Positions 1 through 9,300 of a stretch of 64,000 nt of DNA are shown here, piece after piece. This DNA comes from an uncultured Gemmatimonadales bacterium. GTDB taxonomy: Bacteria; Gemmatimonadota; Gemmatimonadetes; Gemmatimonadales; GWC2-71-9. Both the position numbers and the translations under genes were made by a program. The stretch spans positions 1 to 64,000 of the forward strand of contig CAWCVB010000005.1 in the NCBI GenBank assembly GCA_963798915.1, read 5' to 3'. The first letter of the stretch is position 1; the number at the start of each line of letters is the position of its first letter. The notes beneath the pieces are model-generated. The model was not told the origin of the DNA, searched no databases, and saw only the letters and a program-made list of their open reading frames with translations.

Positions 1-67
1 TGCCGACGGCTCAAGCATGGGGCGGAGTTCCTGACGGTCGAGCTGCCGAAGATCCTGACAGATCAGG

Positions 68-162
68 GTGGACGTTTCGCTTGACAAGGCGGCTACATCC
101 TCGCTGGCAAGGTGGACCTTCTGCTAGGCCGAGACGGCAAGTTGGTGCTGCTGGACTTCGCT
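68..162 (+). pseudogene. Remnant of a PD-(D/E)XK nuclease domain
   Basis: Manual translation with one frameshift gives VDVSLDK/GYILAGKVDLLLGRDGKLVLLDF, resembling the G-x-[IV]-D...D-[FY]-K motif; no intact ORF. Confidence 0.4.
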
Positions 163-445
163 AGTTCTCCATGCCTCAGGAATAACGCAGCCCTCATGGC
201 GGCCCGGTAATTACAATGAGGACGGCAACCTCAAGGAGTTGCCGCGGGTAGCTCTGTCTTTCCAGGTCACGGTGGTGCAGCCTAGTTGGGCTTGCCAACA
301 CAAATTGCGCAATTCAGCAGGACAAATCAATCGCAGCAGTTTGCTTGCTCGCGAGATGCGCTCGGCCGGATGTGCTATCTAACAGGCGGAACTTGGGAGT
401 CGCCAACGCGCTCCGAGCACGCCGTATCTACATTTGTTCGCTGAG

Positions 446-940
446 GTGAGATTTCGCTGGTCCTGGGTGACATCACCACGCTCGCCCTTGATGCCATCGT
501 CAATGCCGCCAACGCTCGGCTCATGGCCGGTGGCGGAGTGGATGGCGCCATCCACCGCGCTGCGGGCCCAGAACTCCAGAAAGCGCTCAACGAGTTCCAT
601 GGCTGCCCCACCGGCAGCGCCGTGCTCACGCCAGGCTTTCGGCTCTCAGCCAGGTACGTGATCCACGCGGTGGGGCCAATCTGGCAGGGCGGCAACGCCG
701 GCGAAGCCGATCTGCTGGAAAGTGCCTACCGAAGTGCATTCCAGGTCGCGCTGGACCACGGTGATATCCGGACGATTGCGTTCCCGGCCATCTCGACCGG
801 CGTCTACGGTTATCCGGCGGACTAGGCGGCGCGTATCGCGCTCTCGGTGATGCGGGAATTCGAAGACAAGTTCGACCAGATCGTGGCGTGTGTATTCGAT
901 GAACGGATGCTGGAGGTGTATGAGACGGTTGGACGGTTAG
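446..940 (+). pseudogene. Macro domain (O-acetyl-ADP-ribose deacetylase, YmdB-like), disrupted
   Basis: [46 protein letters not shown]; frameshift just after GTG 446 and in-frame TAG at 823-825 (CAG in the second copy); 3' end approximate. Confidence 0.85.
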
Positions 941-968
941 ACGGCTGGTGGTCGCGGGTCTCGGTCGA

Positions 969-1075
969 CGCGTCATTGCGAGCCCGCAGGGCGAAGCAAT
1001 CGGGTCGCCCTGCATCGATACGCGGGCCACCCGGTTGCTTCGTCGGAGGCTGCGCCTCCTCCTCGCAATGACGCG
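969..1075. repeat. REP-like palindrome (CGTCATTGCGAG...CTCGCAATGACG family)
   Basis: 14-bp terminal inverted repeat plus inner GAAGCAA/TTGCTTC arms; related half element at ~50331-50397. Confidence 0.75.
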
Positions 1076-1091
1076 AACTGGCCGCGCTGGG

Positions 1092-1129
1092 TCCACAGAT
1101 TTCACAGATTAATCTGCGTAATCTGTGGA
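1092..1129. repeat. 9-mer-periodic palindrome TCCACAGATTTCACAGATT/AATCTGCGTAATCTGTGGA
   Basis: Imperfect inverted repeat; the right arm recurs at 3238-3267 and 25300-25327. Confidence 0.75.
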
Positions 1130-1158
1130 TTGTCACGTCCCCAACCGATTTTCCCACC

Positions 1159-1252
1159 ATGACCGCCCTCACCAAACTCCCCGACGTCCTCCCCCAGCTG
1201 GTGGGCAAGACCATCGCCCGGACCATGCTGGTCTTCCACCCTGATGGTCGGT
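1159..1252 (+). pseudogene. 5' fragment of a paralog of hypothetical gene 4627..4899
   Basis: MTALTKLPDVLPQLVGKTIARTMLVFHPDG vs MNPLVKLRDVLPKLAGKTIERTMLVIHADG; similarity stops where the heptamer array begins. Confidence 0.75.
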
Positions 1253-1470
1253 TGAAGGGTGAAGGCAGAAGGCTGAAGGCAGAAGGCAGCAGGCTGAAGG
1301 CTGGAGGCTGAAAGCTGAAAGCTGAAGGCTGGGCGCTGTGGAGCTGGGCGCTGTGAGCTGGGCGCTGTGAGCTATGCGCTGTGGCGAGCTTTGGGCGACC
1401 CTCGACCCTCGACCCTCGACCCTCGACCCTCGACCCTCGACCCTCGACCCTCGACCCTCGACCCTCGACC
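1253..1470. repeat. Composite heptamer array (GCTGAAG)n, (GCTGTGA/GCTGGGC)n, (CGACCCT)x~10
   Basis: Directly visible; near-identical cassette at 3405-3535. Confidence 0.95.
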
Positions 1471-1492
1471 GCATGCTCATTTAGCTTGCTTG

Positions 1493-2869
1493 ATGACCGA
1501 AGACTCTGCCACGGCACGTCTCTCAGCCCTGGGCGCGGAGCGGCTGGCCAGGGTTCTGCTCGACCTGGCCAGCGGAAACGATGATGCCGCCCGGATGGTT
1601 GCTCGGCTGGTGAACGCGCCGGAAGAGACTGTCCGACGTTTCAAGGCCGGTCTGGTCGCCCTGCGCCGCCGTCGGCTGGTTCGGTACCGCGAGTCCGGCG
1701 CCTACGCCAACCAGCTCCGAAGCATGCTCGAGGACCTCGAGGCCGGAGTCCGCGATCCCCGGACGGGTGTCGAGCTGGTGGCCAGGTTTTATCACGCGGA
1801 CGCCGGTGCATTCGAAACCTGCGACGATTCCGACGGGCTGGTGGGTGATGTCTTTCGGAGGGACGCCGCCGACCTCTTTGCCCGCTACGCATCCGCCTGC
1901 CGCGACAAGGAATGGCTTGCCAGCGTGGTGTTCGACCTGGTGCGGGAAGACGATTACGGTGTGCGAGACGCGGTGTTGCAAAGGAGCGCTCTCTACTTGC
2001 CAAGGGCGGCGCTCCGGGATTTGACCGATTGCATGTGGAAGGCCGCCGGCGCGGTGCCGCAACCGCGGGACCGAGCGGAACGGGACTGGCGCCAGGGCCA
2101 CTGGTTCCTGCTGATCGCGCTGCTTGCACGACAGCTCAACGACCCTGCTCTGCTTGAGCGCGCGCGGCGGGCCTTGTCCCCCGAGCTCGGTACCGCCGCC
2201 TGCCTCGACATCGCGGGTGCCTGGCTCGAGGCGGGCGACGCTGGTACCGCACTCGAATGGCTCAGGCGGATCGAGCCAGATGTTGCCTTCATGGCGTACG
2301 AACGCGACCGGCTCCTGCGTGCCGTCCACGAGCGGCTGGGGAACCGGGACGAAGTCGAACGTCTCGTATGGAAGGCATTCCGCGGCCACCGCAGTGTCGA
2401 TAGCCTGGAGGATCTGCTCGGTGTGATTGGCGAGGAGCGGCGAGAAAAGGTCGTTGCCGAAGCCTCCGCCATGATCCTCCGATCGGAAGTCTTCGCGCCC
2501 CATGACGCCCGCTTCCTGCTCGAGTGCGGTCGAGTGGACGATGCCGCGGCACACGTCGTCGAGCGCCGCGACCAGCTCGACGGTGATCAATGGCCCAGTC
2601 TCCTGCCGCTGGCGGAGGGTTTCGAGCAGGCGGATCGGCATCTCGCCGCCATCGTGCTGTACCGGGCGCTTCTGGATTCAATTCTTGGCCGCGGGCAGTC
2701 TCGCATCTATCACCACGGGCTCCGGTACCTGCGTTCGCTCGGCCAGTTGGCGCGGCAGGTGGTGGCGTGGCGGGAGATCACCCCGCATGCGGGGTACCTC
2801 GCGCAGCTGCGCCAACGCCACGGTCGGAAGCGGAGCTTCTGGACGCGATACGATGCAACAAGCTGCTGA
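1493..2869 (+). CDS. Conserved hypothetical helical protein, DUF6880-like
   Basis: Long ORF with DDSDGLVG and C-terminal HAGYLAQLRQRHGRKRSFW; ATG 1493 chosen because the upstream extension is translated repeat. Confidence 0.7.
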   Translation: MTEDSATARLSALGAERLARVLLDLASGNDDAARMVARLVNAPEETVRRFKAGLVALRRRRLVRYRESGAYANQLRSMLEDLEAGVRDPRTGVELVARFYHADAGAFETCDDSDGLVGDVFRRDAADLFARYASACRDKEWLASVVFDLVREDDYGVRDAVLQRSALYLPRAALRDLTDCMWKAAGAVPQPRDRAERDWRQGHWFLLIALLARQLNDPALLERARRALSPELGTAACLDIAGAWLEAGDAGTALEWLRRIEPDVAFMAYERDRLLRAVHERLGNRDEVERLVWKAFRGHRSVDSLEDLLGVIGEERREKVVAEASAMILRSEVFAPHDARFLLECGRVDDAAAHVVERRDQLDGDQWPSLLPLAEGFEQADRHLAAIVLYRALLDSILGRGQSRIYHHGLRYLRSLGQLARQVVAWREITPHAGYLAQLRQRHGRKRSFWTRYDATSC

Positions 2870-2884
2870 GGCATTCCCGCTCAG

Positions 2885-3227
2885 ACCATTCTCATCGCCG
2901 CCGCCCATTTCGCCGCCGGGAAGCACTGCATGCAGCGGCGGAAGGATGCTGACCGACGACAAGTGGCTCTCCAGGCAGGTGCGGAAGCGTCTGCAGGTGG
3001 AGCACGCACCGCATTGCTCGCGACGGGCCAGGCTGGTGAAGCTGGGCGACAAGATCATCAATATGGGCTGCGTGACCCATTACCCGCCGCTGTCCTGGAG
3101 TCTCGATCGCCGGCCGGCGTATCTCGACTGGACCGAGGAAGTGCTTGCCGGCTGCCGGGGCGTCAGTGCCAAGCTGGAGCGACGCCATGACCGGGCGCTC
3201 AGGGAAGCGCGGCGGAAGCTGGGATGA
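2885..3227 (+). pseudogene. Mesh1/SAH-like HD-domain (p)ppGpp hydrolase with internal deletion
   Basis: N-terminal AAHFAAGKHCMQRRKDAD joins out of frame to C-terminal TDDK..RKRLQVEHAPHCSRRARLVKLGDKIIN..PPLSWSLDRR..YLDW; the central PYxxH/HD-ED segment is absent. Confidence 0.75.
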
Positions 3228-3267
3228 CTCCGCCGATCAATCTGTGAAATCTGAGCAATCTGTGGAC

Positions 3268-3407
3268 TCCTACGATTCTACGGCCGCAACGATCTCAGCG
3301 GCGCCCGCCGCGTCGCGGGAACCGTGGTGGAGGACGTCTTCCGTGCGGTGAAACGGTCCCAGGTTGAGGTGCTGCTGGCGCCGGATCTGAGGAGGGTGAG
3401 TCGGGCT
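3268..3407 (+). pseudogene. 3' fragment of a paralog of hypothetical gene 4627..4899
   Basis: SY/FYGRNDLSGARRVAGTVVEDVFRAVKRSQVEVLLAPDLRRVSR vs SYEFYGRNDISGARTPDGTTVEQAYRSVRSAGVEVLLAPDRRKVSR. Confidence 0.75.
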
Positions 3408-3535
3408 GAAGGCTGAAGGGTGAAGGGTGAAAGCTGGGCGCTGTGAGCTGGGCGCTGTGAGCTATGCGCTGTGGCGAGCTTTGGGCGACCCTCGACCCTC
3501 GACCCTCGACCCTCGACCCTCGACCCTCGACCCTC
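3405..3535. repeat. Second copy of the composite heptamer cassette, (CGACCCT)x~7
   Basis: Shares the identical string AGCTGGGCGCTGTGAGCTGGGCGCTGTGAGCTATGCGCTGTGGCGAGCTTTGGGCGACCCTCG with 1342-1403. Confidence 0.95.
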
Positions 3536-3739
3536 AGTGCATTCCAGGTCGCCCTGGACCACGGCGATATCCGGACCATTGCGTTCCCGGCCATCTCGAC
3601 CGGCGTCTACGGCTATCCGGCCGACCAGGCGGCGCGTATCGCGCTTTCGGTGATGAGGGAATTCGAGGGCAGGTTTGAAGAGATCCTGGTCTGCTTATTT
3701 GATGACCGCATGCTTGAGGTATATCGGCGGGCTGGGTGA
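3536..3739 (+). pseudogene. 3' fragment of a second, diverged macro-domain gene
   Basis: [67 protein letters not shown]; starts right after the CGACCCT array, no 5' half. Confidence 0.85.
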
Positions 3740-3946
3740 ATGGGTCTCGGGTCGCCGGCTCAGCGACGACTGATGACCGACGACCGATGACCTCCCTGTC
3801 ACACCCCCTCCTCATCTTCTTGCCACGGGCCCTCTCACGAAATGCCCGACATCGGATGTGCCGGGAAGGGGCTTGGATAGCGCTCTTGTCGTCAAGGGAC
3901 CGCTTCTTCCTGGCGGGTGAACGCTTCCCCCTCATTGGAGGTGAGT

Positions 3947-4285
3947 GTGGATCCTTTTGACCTGACCCCCGAGCAGGATGCCCTGCCCGCCCTGACCAGC
4001 GAGGACGAGCCGCTGGAGCTGTGGCTCGAGACCAAGGCCTTGATTGCGCAGCTCCGGATGAACCTCGACTCCTTCCGGACTACCCGGAAGGAGCTGTCGG
4101 ACCTCGATGTCGAAGGCTTCCTGCACGCGGAGTCCGTCCTGGAACAGCGGCTGGAGTTCATCCGCTGGCTCGAGACCCGGCCGTTCAGCGCGGTCTACGT
4201 GAGTCTGGTGCCGATTTCCCTGCTCGCCCTGAAGCAGGAGGCCGAGGAAGATGCGCCTGACGACGGGGAGCCGTTTCAACGCTGA
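3947..4285 (+). CDS. Hypothetical acidic protein
   Basis: GGAGGT RBS before GTG 3947; GC3-biased codons. Confidence 0.6.
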   Translation: MDPFDLTPEQDALPALTSEDEPLELWLETKALIAQLRMNLDSFRTTRKELSDLDVEGFLHAESVLEQRLEFIRWLETRPFSAVYVSLVPISLLALKQEAEEDAPDDGEPFQR

Positions 4286-4626
4286 GCGGCGCCCTCAGGA
4301 GGGGCCCACCAAGCAGGACCAGCGACCAGTGGAGGGAGTCAATGGACCTCGTTGAACTGTTGCTCATGGTGATCATCGTGTCGCATTGGTTGCTGCGGCG
4401 GAGCCAGCGGGCCCGCCCCAAGCCTCTGTCCTGTCTCACGCGCTACGGGGAGCTCATGGACAACACCCGTGCGGCGGAACTGACGCTGTGGTTGAGGGCC
4501 AAGACCGGAAACCCGGTCGAGCCCTCGCGCATCAACCCGTGGGCGGGGATTCTGCTGCCGCCCACCGAGTCAGAACCTGCCCGTCCTGCCCGTCCTGCAG
4601 TGTCACCTTCAGCCCAGCTTCCCGCC

Positions 4627-4899
4627 ATGAACCCGCTCGTCAAGCTGCGCGACGTCCTGCCCAAACTGGCGGGGAAGACCATCGAGCGCACCATGCTGGT
4701 GATCCACGCCGATGGCGGCTTCCAGGTCTGGCTGTTCTTCACCGACGGAACGTCCTACGAGTTCTACGGGAGGAATGACATCAGCGGCGCCCGCACCCCC
4801 GACGGCACCACGGTGGAGCAGGCATACCGGTCGGTGCGCTCTGCCGGAGTCGAGGTGCTGCTGGCGCCGGATAGGAGGAAGGTGAGTCGGGGGTCGTAG
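4627..4899 (+). CDS. Small hypothetical protein (intact member of a locally duplicated family)
   Basis: Start supported by the paralogous fragment starting at the equivalent ATG 1159; the ORF is open upstream to 4342 through a CCTGCCCGT repeat and may include a separate small gene. Confidence 0.65.
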   Translation: MNPLVKLRDVLPKLAGKTIERTMLVIHADGGFQVWLFFTDGTSYEFYGRNDISGARTPDGTTVEQAYRSVRSAGVEVLLAPDRRKVSRGS

Positions 4900-4978
4900 G
4901 TGGAGGGTCGAGGGTCGAGGGTCGAGGGTCGAGGGTCGAGCGTCGAGCGTCGAGCGTCGAGGGTCGAGCCTCGACCCC
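4900..4978. repeat. (GGGTCGA/GCGTCGA)n array ending in inverted CCTCGACCC, between convergent genes; second copy ~8005-8052
   Basis: Directly visible; could fold into a terminator-like hairpin. Confidence 0.9.
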
Positions 4979-5537
4979 TTACTCCCCCCACACCCCCCTG
5001 AAGTACGCGGCCACATCAAGATCCAGCTCGATTCCGTCTGCCGGGCTCCAGCGAAGCCGCTCCGTAATAATCTCCGGCCGCGAGTCCTCGGGCCGCCAGC
5101 GCTCTACCACCCGGCCGTCCAGGTCCACGATCCAGTACTCCGGAACACCGGCTCGCTGATACCGCAGCCGCTTGAGCTGGCGGTCGTAGCGGGCGGTTGA
5201 GGGAGACAACACTTCAACCACCACCAGCAAAGCCGTGATGTCGCTCCAGTCCCCTAATTGGCGACCGGACGCCGTCGCATACACGAACAGGTCAGGCTGC
5301 AGGATCTCATCCTCGCCCAGCGTCACGTCGGCGGGAGAATGGAGTACGTGAAGCGAGGACCCCGCCAGCGCAACCCGGAAGTGCTGCTCCAATTCCGCGA
5401 CGGCCACCTGATGCCGCCCCTGTGGTGCGGGCGTCACCAGCAGCTCCCCATCAATGAGTTCGTAGCGCTGACCGTCATCCGGCAGGCGCCCACACCAGTT
5501 CGCGGGTCCAGCGCTCAGCAGCGTGCGGCATACCCAT
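4979..5537 (-). CDS. Uma2 (DUF820) family putative endonuclease, one frameshift near 5490
   Basis: MGMPHAAERWTRELVWA/LPDDGQRYELIDGELLVTPAP..H..QPDL..VVEVLSPSTARYDRQLKRLRYQRAGVPEYWIVD. Confidence 0.9.
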
Positions 5538-5668
5538 AAGGCTCGGCTCGGCGGCAGGAGTTGGCAAGGGGGCATGCCCGCATGATGGGGAGGGCGCAGG
5601 CAGGTGCGTCATCCAATCGATGCGCGGAGAATCATTTCCCGATCTCCCATCCGGCGCTATGATGCAGC

Positions 5669-6609
5669 ATGCGGCCGCCTGATCCTCCTCTCTTTCCAGC
5701 AGCCATCCTCGCCGAACTCGAGGCTGTGCTTCAGCACGGCGCGTCCACGGACGCCGAAATGCAACGGATCGCCGATGCCGTGGTCGCCCGGTACAACGCT
5801 GAGCCCCAAGCGGACCTCGGTGGCCTCTCGCCCAATCAGCTTGCGGCGCTCCTGAACACTGACTGGGTTGCTCCCGACGCCCCACTCCGGCTCAATCAGC
5901 GGCTCACCCCCGGCGATCTGCGCGACTCCCCGCTCTTCCACAACGCCCGTACCCTCCTGGCCACGCTCCGCGATGAAGGCCCCCTCGGGGCGACCGCCAA
6001 AGGGAACCTGAATCGCGCGGCGGTGGCCACGCTACTGCCCCGGCTGAAGCTGGATGCCGAAAGGCTCGACGATCTTCGAGCCGTATCGAAGGTCATCAAC
6101 GAGCCGGACGTCTTCGCGCTCCTCCAATTGAGGATCACTCTCCAGGGTCTCGGCCTGCTCTATCGGCGCAAGGGATTCCGCATCACGGCCAGAGGAAGGG
6201 AACTGCTCTCGGATCTCAAGGCCGGAACATTGTTCGGCATGCTGTTCATGGGAACGGTGGTCAATCCGCCGTTCGAACCGTCCTTTGCCCTGCGGGCGGA
6301 CGCCATGCTCATCGCGCTTCCATTTGCCATCCGGAACTTGCTGGCCAGTCAGGCGACTGGCGTCCCGCCCGGGAGATCGCCGAGTCGGTCTGGCCGCCCT
6401 TCGTGCGGGACGAACTGGCGCACGCGGTCGAATCGGGATTCTGGACCTTTGACTCGGCGCTCCTCCATCTTACCGCGGCCGTGCTCTTCAGGCCGCTGAT
6501 GGAAGCCGGTTTGCTCGAGCGTCGGACGCGTGATCCAACCTCATACAAGCTGGCTGACGAGGAGTGGCGCACGACGCCCTTGTTCGCGAAGGCAGTGCAA
6601 TTTGGATAG
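5669..6609 (+). CDS. Conserved hypothetical protein, frameshifted near 6350
   Basis: ORFs 5669..6499 and 6403..6609 join into one protein-like sequence (GGLSPNQL, ATAKGNL, TTPLFAKAVQF); TATGAT 5 nt before ATG. Confidence 0.6.
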
Positions 6610-6739
6610 CGGGCCCCGCGACCGGCGCTGGCCTGAAGGGCGGGACTCGGACATGGCGCCCACCCACGGGTGAGCCCTCATGGCTTCCAGCTTGCGCTGG
6701 AATGACGAATGGGCGACCCGCGACCCACCCTTGCCGCCG

Positions 6740-6775
6740 TTCCCAAAATGGGTATATTCGTTCCCGATATGGGAA
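6740..6775. promoter_or_regulatory. Putative autoregulatory operator: two TTCCC-N5-GGG(T/A)A boxes 21 bp apart
   Basis: TTCCCAAAATGGGTA (6740-6754) and TTCCCGATATGGGAA (6761-6775) overlap the start of an HTH-containing gene. Confidence 0.55.
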
Positions 6776-7374
6776 GATATCCAGCGCGGCGTTCCGGGCT
6801 CGCGAGCTCATTGTTCAGCCCCGTGCAGCAGCGGCTGCTCGGTCTCCTGTTCGGACAACCCGACCGCAGCTACCAGAGCGCTGAAATCATCCGGCTCGCC
6901 AACAGCGGTACGGGAGCCGTGCATCGCCAGTTGCAGCAGCTCGCCAGCGCCGGCTTGGTCACGACGCACCGGGTCGGCAACCAGCGGTTTTACCAGGCCA
7001 ACCCGGACTCACCCATCTTCGCCGAGCTTCACTCCATCGCCCTCAAGACGACCGGCATGGTAGGGCCGCTTCAGGATGCACTCGCGCCACTTGCCGATCA
7101 CATCCAGAGCGCATTCGTGTTCGGGTCCACGGTCAGCGGGCACGACCGGGCCACGAGTGACATTGACCTGCTGGTACTCTCCGAGACACTGACATATGGC
7201 GAGGTGTACGAGGCCATTCAAGGCGCCGAACAGCGGCTGCACCGAACGATCAATCCGACCGTGGTTGCTCCCGCCGACTGGAAGCGCAAGCGCGCGACGC
7301 CAGCCAGCTTCGCCGCCCGCGTGGCGGCCGGGCCGATGCTCCTGGTTCTCGGTAATGCCGATGCCAATACCTGA
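6769..7374 (+). CDS. Winged-HTH plus minimal nucleotidyltransferase (MNT), putative antitoxin
   Basis: N-terminal HTH (EIIRLANSGTGAVHRQLQQLASAGLV) and FVFGS..G..RATSDIDLLV motif; start could also be 6748. Confidence 0.85.
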   Translation: MGRYPARRSGLASSLFSPVQQRLLGLLFGQPDRSYQSAEIIRLANSGTGAVHRQLQQLASAGLVTTHRVGNQRFYQANPDSPIFAELHSIALKTTGMVGPLQDALAPLADHIQSAFVFGSTVSGHDRATSDIDLLVLSETLTYGEVYEAIQGAEQRLHRTINPTVVAPADWKRKRATPASFAARVAAGPMLLVLGNADANT

Positions 7375-7771
7375 ACTCGACAACCTGGCACGGATCGGCA
7401 AGCTGAAGGCGTTCCCAGCACCGAAGGAGGAGATCGAGAGCCTGCTGCGATCAGGTCGCCGCCGGCTCGCGGACGCTGAGAATGTGAACCTTTCGCTGGA
7501 AAGCCGATTCGACTTGGCGTACAATGCGGCCCGTGCCCTCGCGCTTGCCGCGCTGAGGCAGGCTGGCTATCGCTCGGACAATCGCTATGTCGTGTTTCAG
7601 GTGTTGCCCCACACGCTGGGCGTCTCCAATGCGGACTGGCGTATATTCGCCAAGGCGCACGATCAGCGGAATCTCTTCGAGTACGAAGGCGGGGGCGAGA
7701 TAGAGGAGCGGCTGCTTGCCGACCTGATCGAAGCTGCGCACAGGCTGGAGAGGGCACTGCGAGAGCGCTGA
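7361..7771 (+). CDS. HEPN-like protein, putative toxin partner of the MNT
   Basis: Overlaps the MNT stop; RFDLAYNAA..ALAALR..GYR and HDQRNLFEYEG resemble HEPN helical-bundle motifs. Confidence 0.7.
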   Translation: MPIPELDNLARIGKLKAFPAPKEEIESLLRSGRRRLADAENVNLSLESRFDLAYNAARALALAALRQAGYRSDNRYVVFQVLPHTLGVSNADWRIFAKAHDQRNLFEYEGGGEIEERLLADLIEAAHRLERALRER

Positions 7772-7808
7772 GGGACGCGATCGGTTCGGCGCCTTGGTCA
7801 TGGCTTGA

Positions 7809-7862
7809 TCGCAAAGGCGCGGAGTTCTCGGCGTCCCTCCGCGCCCTTTGCGTCTCCGCGTT
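7809..7862. repeat. CGCAAAGGCGCGGAG...CTCCGCGCCCTTTGCG palindromic element
   Basis: Inverted arms visible; similar CGCAGAG/CTCTGTG-type arms at 50145-50180 and 50278-50312. Confidence 0.6.
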
Positions 7863-8052
7863 GGCAGTTGCGGCATTTTCGTAATGACAACGTCGGGCTG
7901 CGAGGTCGCTTCGCCATGCCTGGGGCTCCACGCACGGTCTCGTCAAATTGCCCGAGGACCTGCTGGCGCCGGATAGGCGCCGGGTGGATCGGGGGTCGTA
8001 GGTCGTAGGTCGAGCGTCGAGCGTCGAGGGTCGAGGGTCGAGCCTCGACCCC

Positions 8053-8635
8053 TTACTCCCCCCACACCCCCCTGAAGTACGCGGCCACATCAAGATCCAG
8101 CTCCGACACCGTCTGCCGGGCTCCAGCGCAGCCGCTCCGTAATGATCTCCGGCCGCGAGTCCTCGGGCCGCCAGCGCTCCACCACCCGGCCGTCCAGGTC
8201 CACGATCCAGTACTCAGGGATGCCGGCGCGCTGATAGCGCGGCGCTTGTGGCGGCGGTCGTATTGCGCCGTGGATGGTGAGAGGATCTCCATGACCAGCA
8301 GAAGTTAGACGATATCGGTCCAGTCCCGAAGCGGTTTGCCCGCCACCGTGCGGTAGACAAAGAGATCGGGCTGGAGAATCTCGTCTTCACCGAGGGCGAT
8401 GTCGGCTGGAGAGTGCGAGAACCTTGCCCACATTCGATGCATCGACGAAAGGCATTGGCCAGAGCGTTCAGCGCCAGACGGCGACCTGGTGCACGCCGCG
8501 CGGGGCGGGCGTCACGATCAGCTTGCCATCGATGAGTTCGTAGCGATTGCCGTCATCCGGCAAGGCAAGCACCGCCTTCCGGCTCCAGCGTTTCGTGTCC
8601 CATGTCCCGTGTCCCGCAGTCTCTGGCATACCCAT
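8053..8635 (-). pseudogene. Second Uma2-family gene, degraded
   Basis: Same C-terminus (LDLDVAAYFRGVWGE) and upstream region as 4979..5537; several frameshifts, an in-frame stop and a (GGGACAC)x3-like insertion near the start. Confidence 0.85.
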
Positions 8636-8751
8636 AAGGTTCGGCTCGGCGGCAGGAGATGGCAAGGCTACATCCCCGCATGATGGGGAGGGCGCAGAGG
8701 CCCCTCAACGCGGAGATCACGGTACGCGGGGGTGACGACAGGGCGAGCTTC

Positions 8752-8830
8752 GGCCCGCCCATCCCGCCCATCCCGCCCATCCCGCCCCATCCCGCCCATC
8801 TTGCCCATCCTGTCGAACTCGCCCATCCTC
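8752..8830. repeat. 9-mer array (CCCGCCCAT/CTTGCCCAT)n
   Basis: Same family at 17950-17992, 20370-20410, 42967-42997, 45855-45890, 50029-50062, 52390-52428, 58450-58542. Confidence 0.9.
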
Positions 8831-8853
8831 CAAATGCAAAGGAGGATTGCCCC

Positions 8854-9282
8854 ATGAACCACTCATACGGAGCGGTGCTGTTCAATGACGCAGGCGAAGT
8901 GCTGCTCTGCCGCCCAGCCGCCGGCCCCGACCGGAATATCTGGACCTTCCCCGAACGCCAGCAGGGCCAGTACCTGACTCCGGAAGAAACTGCGCTGGAA
9001 GCCGCGATGGAGCAGGTGGGATATGCCGGCCGGATTCTCGGTACGGTGCGCGGCACCTTCACCAACACCGCCGGCACCGACTACACCGAGTTCTTTTTCA
9101 TGCTGCCGGGCGGCGAGCGTCAGCCGTTCGATCCCAACCTGACCAGCGATGTCAGCTGGCTCAGCCCGGAAGAAGCGTCCGCCAGGATCGAGCAGACCAG
9201 CGAGCCCCGGCGCCAGCGGGATCTCGACGTGCTGGCGGCCGCGGTGGCCGAATACCAGGCCCGGCTGGCTCGGCTCTGGTAG
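8854..9282 (+). CDS. NUDIX-fold protein with degenerate Nudix box
   Basis: AAGGAGG RBS; SYGAVLFNDAGEVLL..WTFP..TPEETALEAAMEQVGY..VSWLSPEEA. Confidence 0.75.
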   Translation: MNHSYGAVLFNDAGEVLLCRPAAGPDRNIWTFPERQQGQYLTPEETALEAAMEQVGYAGRILGTVRGTFTNTAGTDYTEFFFMLPGGERQPFDPNLTSDVSWLSPEEASARIEQTSEPRRQRDLDVLAAAVAEYQARLARLW

Positions 9283-9300
9283 AAATCAGACAACCAGGGG

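Noticed and set aside
823..825. Programmed TAG readthrough or pyrrolysine in the macro-domain gene
   Set aside because: The paralogous fragment has CAG here, the gene also has a 5' frameshift, TAG ends many genes in the window, and no pyl genes are present
822..1517. ORFs with [34 protein letters not shown] or QGSQGS repeats (also 33402-33918, 50205-50821, 58247-58757, 17806-18060)
   Set aside because: They are translations of intergenic 7/8/9-mer arrays that lack stop codons, not real repeat proteins
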